Source of the DNA: an uncultured bacterium
GTDB taxonomy: Bacteria > JAJVIF01 > JAPKYR01
Reading direction: 5' to 3'
Assembly (NCBI GenBank): GCA_965369865.1
Contig: CBDURU010000001.1
Span: forward strand, 61,175 to 125,174
Length of the DNA stretch: 64,000 bases
Shown here: positions 50,863 to 60,887 of the stretch, piece by piece
How the letters are laid out: each line of letters starts with the position of its first letter
Position numbering within the stretch: the first letter of the stretch is position 1
Notes under the pieces: generated by a model
What the model was told of the DNA's origin: nothing
What the model saw: only the letters and a program-made list of their open reading frames with translations
The model's database searches: none
Program-made: the position numbers and the translations under genes

Positions 50863-53385
50863 ATGTTCAATGCACTGTTAACAAATCCGGAAACTCTCGC
50901 GCACTGGATCATCATCCTGCCTTTCATGAGTTTCGTGTTTATCGTCCTGAAACTAACTGTAAACATTGACAGGACGTTTAATAAACCGAAGGCTCTACCA
51001 AAAGAACCGGTTGTTGGGAAACTTCCGCGTCGTGGCTGGACCAGCTTCCTGCCGGGAATATTCCTGGTACTTATCGCGTTCGTCTTGCTTGCATATAAAA
51101 CAGGAAACCTAAGTTTAGCAGTGGTTCCTGATACTTTGAGCAACCCACTCAATACACTTGCGGATTCCCTTTTTGAACTACGCCACTGGCTCATTTTCGG
51201 AATTCCTGTCCTGTATATTATCGCTTTCCCGGCAAACTCCAGGCGATGGGTCCAGAAAGCCTCGCCATACATCTCGGTAGGGGCAATGGCACTCGGTACC
51301 ATTATCGCGACTTCCCTCTGGTTAAAAGCCATGCGGTTCGGGTTACCGGCGGATGCAACCGATCCAAATCTATGGAAAGAGCCGTTTTACTACACCTGGT
51401 TCGCATTTGGCGACTGGAAAGTAAATATCGGTATCAGCCTTGATGGATTCAGCATATTCGCGGTATGGATGGTCACGGTTGTGGCCGGATGTATCCAGTG
51501 GTTCTCAATCGGCTACATGTGGGACGATGAGTACGGTCGAAAACATTACGCGCGGTATTTCGCCGAGCATTCCCTTTTCGCTACAGGAATGCTCATGGTC
51601 GTGCTCTCAAATGACATACTTTCCTTCCTGATCGGATGGGAGGTCATGGGCTTATGTTCCTACCTGTTGATTGGATTTTTTACCTTCAAACCGAGTGCGA
51701 ACGCAGCCCAGGTCAAGGCATTTATCACCACCAGGATCGGCGATGTGGGATTCATGCTCGGGATTTTCCTGGTCGGCCTGATGTATACATACACCGGGAA
51801 TCCGATTAGTTTTGAATTCGATTCGATCAGGGAAGTTGTCGGGAAATACGACTGGTGGGCGGTTGACATGGGATGGCTTCCCACAGCCGCGGCACTCCTG
51901 ATTTTCCTGGGCGCTGTTGGTAAATCCGCCCAATTCCCGCTGCATGTTTGGCTTCCCGATGCAATGGAAGGCCCGACCCCGGTCAGCGCATTAATCCATG
52001 CCGCCACAATGGTCGCTGCCGGTGTTTTTCTTGTCGCGCGATTTTTCTGGCTTTTCGAGCTCAGCACAACCGCGATGATGACGGTCGCGATTATCGGGGC
52101 CATCACTGCATTCGGAGCCGCGACAATCGGTCTGGTCCAGTACGATATAAAACGCATTCTCGCGTACTCGACAATCAGCCAGCTTGGATACATGATGATC
52201 GGACTCGGGGTAGGATCGGTAAGCGCGGGCGTTTTCCATCTCCTGACCCATGCGTATTTCAAAGCCCTCCTGTTTCTTGGTGCGGGCGCTGTGATTTACG
52301 GATGCAGGCATATCCAGGACATCCGCTACATGGGCGGTCTGTCCAAAAAGATGCCGATCACCTATTTCACGTTCCTTGCGGGAACTCTGGCTCTTGCCGG
52401 GATATTCCCATTTGCGGGATTCTGGTCGAAGGACGAAATTCTCGCCAGCGCGTTCAATCTTGCCCGGAATGGTTACACAAGAATTACGGAATTCGGCGGT
52501 GTACAGGTAATCGAACCCCATCCGGCACTATATCTTATTTGGATTCTTGGTATAGCGGGGGCTTTCCTTACAGCGTTCTACATGTTCAGGCTGATAAGCT
52601 ATACATTCCTGGGTGGCCCGAAAAAAGACTATGCATACCGGGGAAAGCAGAGTCCCGACTACGGCCATCATGCGCAAGGTGAAAAAGATACGGAAATCTA
52701 TAAAGCCTGGGACGTCCCGCCAGGTCCGTTTGAAGAGGAAGAACATCAACACGGACCGGTATCGCCAAGGGAAGTTCCGAAGAGCATGTGGATTCCCCTG
52801 GTAGTCCTGGCAGTATTTGGAACTGTCTATGGGTTTACAGGCACCCCATTTTTCGGTGAGAAGGGCAACCTGATCGCGTCGTATCTGAATTACGGCCATG
52901 CGCACCATCCGGAAGTCAACGGATTGCTTATCGGATTAATGGTGTTCTCGCTCGCGGTCGCGCTCGGGGGAGTCGTGTACGGGCTTTACATCAACGGAAC
53001 CGAGGTTGGGATCGCAACAAAGGAAAAATGGAAAGCAAGGTTCCCCGGACTTTACCGTGCAGTCTACAACAAGTATTACTTCGATGAATTTTACGAGGAA
53101 TACATTATCCAGCCGGTCCTTATGCTCTGCCAGTTTGCAAGGATCATCGATACATACATCGTGGATGGAATCGTCAATGCCGCCGGCTGGCTTACATACC
53201 AGTTTGCCATGTTACATGGCTGGTTCGATAACGCCGTTATCGACGGAATAGTTAACGGTGTTGCCTGGATTGTTAATTACTTCAGCCAATTTCTCAAACC
53301 GATCCAGTCGGGCTTCGTACAGAATTACATGATGGTGATAGTCATCTTTATCCTGTTCTACCTCCTGACGTTGTTTGTAACGTAG
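50863..53385 (+). CDS. nuoL: NADH-quinone oxidoreductase subunit L with N-terminal extension
   Basis: GWEVMGLCSYLLIGF, KSAQFPLHVWLPDAMEGPTPVSALIHAATMV, HAYFKALLFL, WSKDEIL. Confidence 0.95.
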   Translation: MFNALLTNPETLAHWIIILPFMSFVFIVLKLTVNIDRTFNKPKALPKEPVVGKLPRRGWTSFLPGIFLVLIAFVLLAYKTGNLSLAVVPDTLSNPLNTLADSLFELRHWLIFGIPVLYIIAFPANSRRWVQKASPYISVGAMALGTIIATSLWLKAMRFGLPADATDPNLWKEPFYYTWFAFGDWKVNIGISLDGFSIFAVWMVTVVAGCIQWFSIGYMWDDEYGRKHYARYFAEHSLFATGMLMVVLSNDILSFLIGWEVMGLCSYLLIGFFTFKPSANAAQVKAFITTRIGDVGFMLGIFLVGLMYTYTGNPISFEFDSIREVVGKYDWWAVDMGWLPTAAALLIFLGAVGKSAQFPLHVWLPDAMEGPTPVSALIHAATMVAAGVFLVARFFWLFELSTTAMMTVAIIGAITAFGAATIGLVQYDIKRILAYSTISQLGYMMIGLGVGSVSAGVFHLLTHAYFKALLFLGAGAVIYGCRHIQDIRYMGGLSKKMPITYFTFLAGTLALAGIFPFAGFWSKDEILASAFNLARNGYTRITEFGGVQVIEPHPALYLIWILGIAGAFLTAFYMFRLISYTFLGGPKKDYAYRGKQSPDYGHHAQGEKDTEIYKAWDVPPGPFEEEEHQHGPVSPREVPKSMWIPLVVLAVFGTVYGFTGTPFFGEKGNLIASYLNYGHAHHPEVNGLLIGLMVFSLAVALGGVVYGLYINGTEVGIATKEKWKARFPGLYRAVYNKYYFDEFYEEYIIQPVLMLCQFARIIDTYIVDGIVNAAGWLTYQFAMLHGWFDNAVIDGIVNGVAWIVNYFSQFLKPIQSGFVQNYMMVIVIFILFYLLTLFVT

Positions 53386-53438
53386 GAAGTTGGCGGGAAT
53401 TAAAATATCAGGCTTGAATATCGGGATAAAATGGAATC

Positions 53439-55490
53439 ATGAACGATCACGACAAAAGTCAAATCCCTGCCGATGAAGGCGTCTTCGAGATGCCGCGCAC
53501 AGCAGGGGACTTAAAACGAGAACTGAAACACGGGACAATATCAAGTATTGCCTGGGTGCTTTGGATTATTGTTACTTTCCTCGTACTTTACGGGATTTAC
53601 GAACTGGCCTCTAAAAGCGGCCTGTTGGTAAAAATCCCATTCCTGGGAATTGACAAGCACCTGGGATACCTTATAAATCCCGAATCGACAGAATATTCCC
53701 GAATGCTGAGCCTGATTATTTTCCTCCCGCTACTTGGCATCGTTTTCAACATGATAGCTCCTCAGGATGGCAGATTCTTCATCAGAACCAACTCACTGGT
53801 CTATGCACTTATCCCACTCGGCCTGGTGTCGTACATGCTGTTCGGCTATACGCTTGCTCAAACTCCCGGCGGCAGGGATATCTATGTAGATCAGCTGGGA
53901 AATCACTTAACAATCGACTCTGACGGCTTCAAGTCTCCAATCCTTAAGGAGGGGGAAGCGGAATGGACTTATGCTCTTGTCAACGATGTGCAGATGATAG
54001 AAACAGATGAGGATGAATTTGAGTCGATCAAGGCAAGGCTTGTAAAGATTTATTTCTACGATCGTTCTTTAAACGGGATGCAATTCGAAGAGCTGCGGCC
54101 GTGGGTTAGTGTCACCGACCGACCTGCTACTCAAATTGGTGAAGCGGAATACACGATAGCCAAGTTCAACTACCACCTTGGCGTCGATGGCATCAGTTTC
54201 CCGCTTATAATTCTGACTGCCCTGTTGAGTGTCCTGTCAATAATCGCATCGTTCAGCATAACCATGCGGTTGAAGGAATACATGAGCTGGTTCCTTCTCA
54301 TGATGGTCGGTATGTTCGGGACCTTTACAGCGCTTGATTACCTCCTTTTCTACGTATTCTGGGAGCTGATCCTGGTCCCGATGTATTTCCTGATAGCCAT
54401 ATGGGGTGGTCCGAGGAAGGAATACGCTGCACTCAAGTTCTTCCTGTTTACCCTTTTCGGATCGCTTTTCCTCCTGATCGGGATTATCGTGCTCTATTTT
54501 GTCACCGGGCAGCAGACCTTTGATATTATCCAGCTTCAGCAGCTTGCGCCCCAGTACCTTGGAAAAGCATCAGCATATGGAACGCAGGTATTACTGTTCG
54601 GCTGCTTCTTCCTCAGTTTCGCGATCAAAGTCCCGATCTTCCCGTTCCATACATGGCTTCCCGACGCGCATGTCGAGGCCCCCACAGCGGTCAGTGTGAT
54701 CCTTGCCGGGGTCTTGCTGAAAATGGGTACTTACGGGTTTTTCCGGATGAGTTTTCCGACTTTCCCGGAGGCCACCTATAATCTCGCACCCGCTCTGGGT
54801 GTCCTGGCGGTAATAAATATTGTCTACGGCTCGATGGTTGCGATGGCGCAGACCGACCTGAAAAAACTTGTCGCGTATTCATCCATCGGCCATATGGGAT
54901 TTGCCCTTCTTGGAATGGCCGCGCTGAATAAATATGGATTCACCGCTGCGCAACTGCAGATCGTTAACCATGGAATTATTTCAGGAAGCCTGTTCCTTCT
55001 GGTCGGCGTATTGTACGACCGAGCCCATACCAGGGACCTCAACGCATTCGGAGGGCTTCTCCCACAGATGCGGATGTATGGAATCATAATGGTGATAGCC
55101 AGCATGGCGAACCTCGGCCTTCCCGGGCTTGCCGGATTCTGGGGTGAGTTTATCAGCTTGCTCGCCGCCATAAATCAGACGGAATTCAGAACTGCTAACA
55201 ACCTTAGTTTCTTCGGTATACTGGCGCCAATCGCCCTGATTGGTATCATCATCACGGCTGGATACATGCTGATAATGATCCGGAAAATTTTCATGGGGCC
55301 GGTGAACGAAAAGTGGAACTGGCTGCCCGATATTGATGGCCGTGAGCTGATAGCGGTACTACCTTTGATAGCCTTGATGATTTACATAGGCGTCTTCCCG
55401 AATCCGTTGATATCATTGTTTGAAACCAGTGTCCTTGAACTGGTGAACCAGATTCGTTTTGATGCCGGAGTTTTACCGTCAACCTTCTAG
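53439..55490 (+). CDS. nuoM: NADH-quinone oxidoreductase subunit M with N-terminal extension and loop insertion
   Basis: YHLGVDGIS, FYVFWELILVPMYFLI, KVPIFPFHTWLPDAHVEAPT, LLKMGTYG. Confidence 0.95.
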   Translation: MNDHDKSQIPADEGVFEMPRTAGDLKRELKHGTISSIAWVLWIIVTFLVLYGIYELASKSGLLVKIPFLGIDKHLGYLINPESTEYSRMLSLIIFLPLLGIVFNMIAPQDGRFFIRTNSLVYALIPLGLVSYMLFGYTLAQTPGGRDIYVDQLGNHLTIDSDGFKSPILKEGEAEWTYALVNDVQMIETDEDEFESIKARLVKIYFYDRSLNGMQFEELRPWVSVTDRPATQIGEAEYTIAKFNYHLGVDGISFPLIILTALLSVLSIIASFSITMRLKEYMSWFLLMMVGMFGTFTALDYLLFYVFWELILVPMYFLIAIWGGPRKEYAALKFFLFTLFGSLFLLIGIIVLYFVTGQQTFDIIQLQQLAPQYLGKASAYGTQVLLFGCFFLSFAIKVPIFPFHTWLPDAHVEAPTAVSVILAGVLLKMGTYGFFRMSFPTFPEATYNLAPALGVLAVINIVYGSMVAMAQTDLKKLVAYSSIGHMGFALLGMAALNKYGFTAAQLQIVNHGIISGSLFLLVGVLYDRAHTRDLNAFGGLLPQMRMYGIIMVIASMANLGLPGLAGFWGEFISLLAAINQTEFRTANNLSFFGILAPIALIGIIITAGYMLIMIRKIFMGPVNEKWNWLPDIDGRELIAVLPLIALMIYIGVFPNPLISLFETSVLELVNQIRFDAGVLPSTF

Positions 55491-55803
55491 TGATGAGTAC
55501 CTGGCAATCAATATTTTATTAAACGGGATTTTTCAATTAAATTTTTACGGCTATAGGATAAGATAAAGGACTGTAATTACAAAAAGCATTGCCCGCTACT
55601 GGATGCTTTGACCATGCACATTATCCGTCTGCCAGACACTCCAGCCTTAAAAGTTTCTCAGGAATATGTTCTATCTGGCCGAAGATTATGTTATACTTCA
55701 TTAGCTAATACCGTAGCAGGAGTCAAAATTACTCCTGTTTTGTGGATATTAAGAATGACTAAATCGCATAAAGCGCCAGAGGCGTTTTAGGTGGAGGTTA
55801 CCC

Positions 55804-56349
55804 ATGCGAAACCACTTAAGCTGGCTCATCGTAGTTGCCCTATTAACCTGTTTCTTCATCAGTTGTAACGGTGGGGACAGTAACGACGGGGTAGGTCTTG
55901 GCGGATCTGATCCGACGATTGTACAACTCACTCTTGGAAATATCCCTATCCAGGTGGAGAAGACGCATAATATACCGCTGTCGCTGATCAGGACTATGCG
56001 ATTCGAACTCAGCCGCCCTGTAACAATGCAAAGCCTTGCCCAGTTATTCAATTTCGTTATCTACATTACCAACACGGATACTGGTCAGCTTTTCAGAATT
56101 TCAGAGTGCAACCTGGACGAAAACGGGGAGCTTGTATGGATAGGAGGTTCAAATCGGATCATCGAGTACAGGCTGGATCACCCAATGGACAGGATATTGG
56201 CTGGAGGGCAGGTACATTATCTTGGGCAAGCCGGTAATACCTTGAAAGTGGAAGTTGTATTTTTTATGGCACAAGCGTCGGATGGGAACCAAATTACCTA
56301 TACCGATGATACATTCTACATTGTTTGGACAGATAGTCACCAGAATTAA
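55804..56349 (+). CDS. Hypothetical lipoprotein
   Basis: GGAGG RBS; signal peptide with lipobox FISC. Confidence 0.75.
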   Translation: MRNHLSWLIVVALLTCFFISCNGGDSNDGVGLGGSDPTIVQLTLGNIPIQVEKTHNIPLSLIRTMRFELSRPVTMQSLAQLFNFVIYITNTDTGQLFRISECNLDENGELVWIGGSNRIIEYRLDHPMDRILAGGQVHYLGQAGNTLKVEVVFFMAQASDGNQITYTDDTFYIVWTDSHQN

Positions 56350-56579
56350 TAAATCAGAAACCCTCAGGGTGACTTGACAGCAGGGCTGCCCTGTGGTTCA
56401 TTTTTAATGAGGGTCGAATCCCCGGTTTGATTATTGCAGGGGGAAATTTTCTATCGATAAACTTTTCGGAACCGCTCAAAACCAAACCGGTTCGATAGAT
56501 TTTGTGTCTGATATTGTACCGGTTAAAAATTCCCTCAAATTCTACATTCTCCTTGTTTTCATATTTCGGAGGTCTCCTG

Positions 56580-57650
56580 ATGTTTCACAAAATCGTAAAA
56601 TCGCAGCAAGGTTTCACAATTGTCGAACTCCTCACAGTGCTTGTCATCATCTCGGTGCTAACGACTATAAGCATTGTAGCTTATGGCGGAGCGAAACACC
56701 GTGCCAGGCTGGCACGGATCAAAACGAATGTGGGAGAGATCGCCATCGCTCTCGATAATTACCAGATGGACAAGAACGGTAAATATCCTGCCCTGACCGT
56801 TTACCATAACACCCTGCCACCCACCGATCCCCCCCGTTTATTTGGTTACACCACGACTCCAAATCCACCATCCGATCCGATTCCCGGGATCCCCGTTACA
56901 GTTAAACGCCTGGGGAATGCAATTATCGGCGGCGGTCCACCCCTTGCGGATACCGGTAACCCGCTTCAGGATGATTTTTACAGGGATACGAATCCACTTG
57001 ATGTTTCATTTTTTCGAAACAGGCAGCAGGAAGTGCAGTGGGGTGGAGACCCTGATGATTTTACCGGGGCGATGCATCCGGTCGATCAGCTCGCACGTAA
57101 CGGCCAGCTCAATGCATACCCACACAATCCGCTCGCTGGTCCCGGTATCCCAATGGTGAATATCGCTCACATGCTCTATGAATACGATACCCAGACAAAT
57201 GATTTCTCATTTGTTGAGTTCACTGTCGCAGCGGTAGGTGAAACTCGAATGGGGTTGTGTGCCGCACGTCCTGTCGCGGGAGGTTTTTACGAACCGATCG
57301 ATATTATCTGGAATGAGGAAACTTACCCTCAGGGTAATTTTGCCTATATCCCCATGGAGTTCACGAGCGAACAGGGAACCTACTGCTCGGGTTACTGGAT
57401 AATCAGCTACGGGGACCTTTCGACTCTCGAAAACAGCGACTATAACAAGTTCGCGTTGAATAAGGATTTATATGAGTACGACAGCAACTATACCAACTGG
57501 CCGAATTTACCCTGGCCATATGGCGATGGTATCGCGTCGACTCCGCCTGCTCTGAATTCAGTAGAATATGAAATCAAGCGGTTAGTCCAGGGAGCGCTCG
57601 AAATCAGGGCAACAATTTTTGAGGACCAGTTAAGGGAATCCTTTTTTTAA
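56580..57650 (+). CDS. Type IV pilin/pseudopilin-like protein with a large C-terminal domain
   Basis: Start refined to MFHKIVKSQQ (GGAGG RBS); class III signal QQG^FTIVELLTVLVIISVL; ALDNYQMDKNGKYP. Confidence 0.88.
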   Translation: MFHKIVKSQQGFTIVELLTVLVIISVLTTISIVAYGGAKHRARLARIKTNVGEIAIALDNYQMDKNGKYPALTVYHNTLPPTDPPRLFGYTTTPNPPSDPIPGIPVTVKRLGNAIIGGGPPLADTGNPLQDDFYRDTNPLDVSFFRNRQQEVQWGGDPDDFTGAMHPVDQLARNGQLNAYPHNPLAGPGIPMVNIAHMLYEYDTQTNDFSFVEFTVAAVGETRMGLCAARPVAGGFYEPIDIIWNEETYPQGNFAYIPMEFTSEQGTYCSGYWIISYGDLSTLENSDYNKFALNKDLYEYDSNYTNWPNLPWPYGDGIASTPPALNSVEYEIKRLVQGALEIRATIFEDQLRESFF

Positions 57651-57676
57651 ACGGAGTCCTGATTTGAACGAAATTC

Positions 57677-57702
57677 AAGCAGGCGTGTATGCCTGCTTTT
57701 TT
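57677..57702 (+). terminator. Rho-independent terminator
   Basis: AAGCAGGC-GTGTAT-GCCTGCTT followed by a T-run. Confidence 0.8.
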
Positions 57703-57850
57703 ATATGCCGGGCATGGTTTGTATCCTGGAAGTGAAAGATTTCTGAATGCCAGTGCGAGCGGCAACCGTTAGCCAAAGGCAGGCGAGAAGGTGTTTGAAA
57801 GAAGTCGGAGCCGTCGAACAGGAATCGGACAAAAGGTAGTCAAAGGGGCC
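57703..57850 (+). mobile_element. Degenerate 5' fragment of a group IIC intron
   Basis: Begins right after the terminator U-tract with TGCCGGGCATGG, then GTGAAAG, AACCGTTAGCCAAAGGCA, TGAAAGAAG and GAACAGGAATC, resembling IIC domain I as recalled; no RT ORF. Confidence 0.6.
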
Positions 57851-58131
57851 ATTCTCATATTGCTGTGACAAGCATTCATTCTAACTTGTTGAATCAACAA
57901 TTTTATGCTACCGTATATAATTAGTCTCAAGATTATGAATCGGCAAGATAATTGGTAAAGGTGTTCTTGTATCTATACCAGTGCATTAGGGTTTTTCCAG
58001 CTTCAAAATTTATCAGTAAAATAATTAATGTAGCAAATAAACAATAAATTCCGCTATTGCGGCAAATTCATTGTCAATGCGCTATGGCATTTCTATATAT
58101 AAAATGAATTAATGTCAAAGGAGGCAACAGT

Positions 58132-60792
58132 ATGAATCGATGGACAGTTCTTTTCGCGGCGATCATGTTCAGTATGTTCGTTGCGATAGGATGTTCTGGT
58201 GGCGGCGGAAGTCCTGTGGCGCCGTCTGCCGGACCGGAAATTACATCCGGATCAGACAATTCAGGACAAATACAAAATCCAAACACATCATTACTCGGTT
58301 ATTTCGATGTCTATCTCGATGTCGGAAACCAGACAATGGAGGTGGTTGAGGATCGTACGGCTGCTTATACAATCAACATCGTTCCGTTTCTCAACCAGAT
58401 GGCCAGCCCTCAGTACGGAATTTCACTGGGTAATATTGATTTCGATGATACCGATCCGTCAAATTTACTCGTCGACGTCGAATTCAAGTGGTACCATCCG
58501 TTCCCGACAATCCCGCAGTACAAGGTCTATGACTTCATGGGCGTCATCATCAGCAATGGCGATATGACACTTGGTTATCATAACCTTAGAGTAGGGAATT
58601 ATGGCAGCGACACCTTCATGACCAATGCGGATGGTTATACCCGCTGGTTCAACCCGTCGGAGTTTACCACCGAGCAAATCTTCGGATGGGCGCCTGGTGG
58701 AATTCAGAACCTGAAAGGTTCCGCCAGATTAAATCCGTTCAAAGCCTACGGCAGAGGGCTCCATGCCAATGGTTCGCTCTGGGATTGGCTTGAGGGAACT
58801 AACTACGACGGTGTGTTCCAGCCCGGTGATGACCGACTTATGTCACTCGAGTTCCCGATGCCAACTGACGGGCTTGTGTTCGGTTATGCCGCGGTCTGCT
58901 GCTGGGAAGAGCAGGGAGCGGGTCCGTACACACCGTACCATCGCGACGAGCCGATTGCTTTCAGGGTCACAGTGGAAGATAACGTTTACTACGATGGTGC
59001 TAGTTCAGGTGGTGACCTGATTGCCGACATCGATATCTGGGCCTGGGGTGATCAGCCAGTTGAGGTTCAGGTCGAATCGACAGTTCTCTCCGGTATAGAA
59101 ACCGCCGCACCGACCGGCGGTGGCGGTGCCAACTGGTCAACATACTCGATTGATGTTACTAGTAAACCGATTACTTCGAACGATGGCCACGAAATGTGGG
59201 TTATCGCCGAATGCGACGGAGACTACATTAACGTCAGTGGTGTTCCTGCACCTCCAAGCTCCGAACCTTTGACTGCGTTCTACAGGGTTCCGTTGTTTAT
59301 CGCGACAGAGCCGTACAACATCTGCCCGATAATCGACAGCGGTGTTGATGGTAACGCTACACCATCAAAAGTTGCCCTGGAGACTTATTCAATTGTCGCA
59401 CACGATCTTGATCCTCTTGACACACTCACTTACTCATGGACCGTTACTGACAATTCCTCAGGTCTGCCCGCTCCGGGCTATGATGGAGTACCCGGCGATG
59501 GCGCTGGTAACCTTGATGTAGATTGGTTGGCACTGGGTGTTGGAATCGGTGACACCTTCGACGTTGACTGCGATGCCGATGATGGAATGTGTGCAACTCC
59601 GGCAGATACACTTTTGGCAACAATTTCCAACGCCGATCCGATCTGCGATCTCATAGTTGTAACTTCCATGCCTCACGTGGGCAAGGGTTGGATCGAGTTC
59701 GATGCGTCCGGTTCTTCCGACCCCGACGGTGACCCGCTCACTTTCGAGTGGGATTTCGATGATGACGGCACCTTTGGTGATCCTTATGATTCAGGCACGG
59801 ACGATAATCCAACGAAGAACTGGGATTCGGATTATGTGGGCCAGGTCTGCGTGAAGGTTACTGATGGCCTCGGCGGGGAAGCGATATGCTGCGAAGATGT
59901 AGATATCACAGCGCTGATGGAAATTAACGTGGTCGGAGACCCCAACAAAACCATCTTGGGCACTGGGAAGGATATCGCTATCGATCCAACTTCGGACCGG
60001 GTCGCGATCAACTATGCCGGGTCAACCACCTGGCGAAGGTACACAAATAACTACGGGACCGTCGCCACTTATGGTGGTGGCTGGAGAAGTTCGTACTGGG
60101 ACTGGCAGTCGTGGGGCTGCATGTATGGTGGTGACCTCTTTGGGTCCGGCCACTACCCTGTCTGGTCATGGAGAAATTGGTCTGGCGGGAGCTACGGCGG
60201 TTGGTGGTTTGGAAGTGACTTTAATGGCATGAAAGATGAATGTAACCTCCAGAACACGAATCATGTCTGGGGAATATTCGATATGAACCCCAGCCGTGCC
60301 TATTTCCTCCGGTCCACCGCCATAAATAACTACTCGTTCCCTTACAGCGTGAGTGGAGGCTGGTACAACGGCACGGGTAATAACGGCGTGGTCATGGCTA
60401 ATATCATTGGGATAGATATGAAAGTCTATACCAGCGGATACCAGATGTATTTCCTGGAGGATTTACCTGCCTCTAACACTGCTGTTGTAGAAAGGTACAA
60501 TCTTGCGAGCACGCCGACTCATCAAATCTCGTTTGGTGAGGACTTCCTCTATGACGCGCTCGACATCACCGTTGACTCGGATGATTACATCTATGTCCTG
60601 GAAGAGGACTCCAACGGCGATCCCGTGATCTGGGCTTTCGATGACAGCGGCATTCTGGTTGGCACAAGCGAAGCGTTGACAGCTACCGAGATTTCGGGTG
60701 ATCCGCTCAGGATCGACGCCTTCCTGTCCTCGGATCCCGACGAGGTGCACGTGCTTCACACCGGCGGTGTCACCGAGTTCGCTATGCAATAG
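58132..60792 (+). CDS. Lipoprotein, paralog 5: divergent N-terminal domain + Ig/PKD domains + Trp/Gly-rich propeller-like region
   Basis: AGGAGG RBS; lipobox AIGC; HPF..YDFMG..NADGYTRWFNP..FGYAAVCCW; PKD FDASGSSDPDGDPLTFEWDFDDDG. Confidence 0.85.
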   Translation: MNRWTVLFAAIMFSMFVAIGCSGGGGSPVAPSAGPEITSGSDNSGQIQNPNTSLLGYFDVYLDVGNQTMEVVEDRTAAYTINIVPFLNQMASPQYGISLGNIDFDDTDPSNLLVDVEFKWYHPFPTIPQYKVYDFMGVIISNGDMTLGYHNLRVGNYGSDTFMTNADGYTRWFNPSEFTTEQIFGWAPGGIQNLKGSARLNPFKAYGRGLHANGSLWDWLEGTNYDGVFQPGDDRLMSLEFPMPTDGLVFGYAAVCCWEEQGAGPYTPYHRDEPIAFRVTVEDNVYYDGASSGGDLIADIDIWAWGDQPVEVQVESTVLSGIETAAPTGGGGANWSTYSIDVTSKPITSNDGHEMWVIAECDGDYINVSGVPAPPSSEPLTAFYRVPLFIATEPYNICPIIDSGVDGNATPSKVALETYSIVAHDLDPLDTLTYSWTVTDNSSGLPAPGYDGVPGDGAGNLDVDWLALGVGIGDTFDVDCDADDGMCATPADTLLATISNADPICDLIVVTSMPHVGKGWIEFDASGSSDPDGDPLTFEWDFDDDGTFGDPYDSGTDDNPTKNWDSDYVGQVCVKVTDGLGGEAICCEDVDITALMEINVVGDPNKTILGTGKDIAIDPTSDRVAINYAGSTTWRRYTNNYGTVATYGGGWRSSYWDWQSWGCMYGGDLFGSGHYPVWSWRNWSGGSYGGWWFGSDFNGMKDECNLQNTNHVWGIFDMNPSRAYFLRSTAINNYSFPYSVSGGWYNGTGNNGVVMANIIGIDMKVYTSGYQMYFLEDLPASNTAVVERYNLASTPTHQISFGEDFLYDALDITVDSDDYIYVLEEDSNGDPVIWAFDDSGILVGTSEALTATEISGDPLRIDAFLSSDPDEVHVLHTGGVTEFAMQ

Positions 60793-60820
60793 CGACAGGG
60801 CTTTTTAATTTAGATCCTTT

Positions 60821-60846
60821 CCCCCCGATTCGTCGGGGGGTTTTTT
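60821..60846 (+). terminator. Rho-independent terminator
   Basis: CCCCCCGA-TTCG-TCGGGGGG followed by TTTTTT. Confidence 0.88.
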
Positions 60847-60878
60847 GTGTGCCGGGCATGGTTTGTATTCTGGAAGTG
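60847..60878 (+). mobile_element. Very short group IIC intron 5'-end remnant
   Basis: GTGTGCCGGGCATGGTTTGTATTCTGGAAGTG: GUGYG start immediately after the terminator, nearly identical to 57703-57734. Confidence 0.6.
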
Positions 60879-60887
60879 TGTTGAATC

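Noticed and set aside
51948..52682. Long alternative-frame and antisense ORFs inside nuoL, nuoH, the hydrogenase and lipoprotein genes
   Set aside because: Shadow ORFs overlapping well-supported genes, with no motifs.
57886..57900. Perfect palindrome TTGTTGA-A-TCAACAA upstream of paralog 5
   Set aside because: A single occurrence in AT-rich DNA with no assignable regulator.
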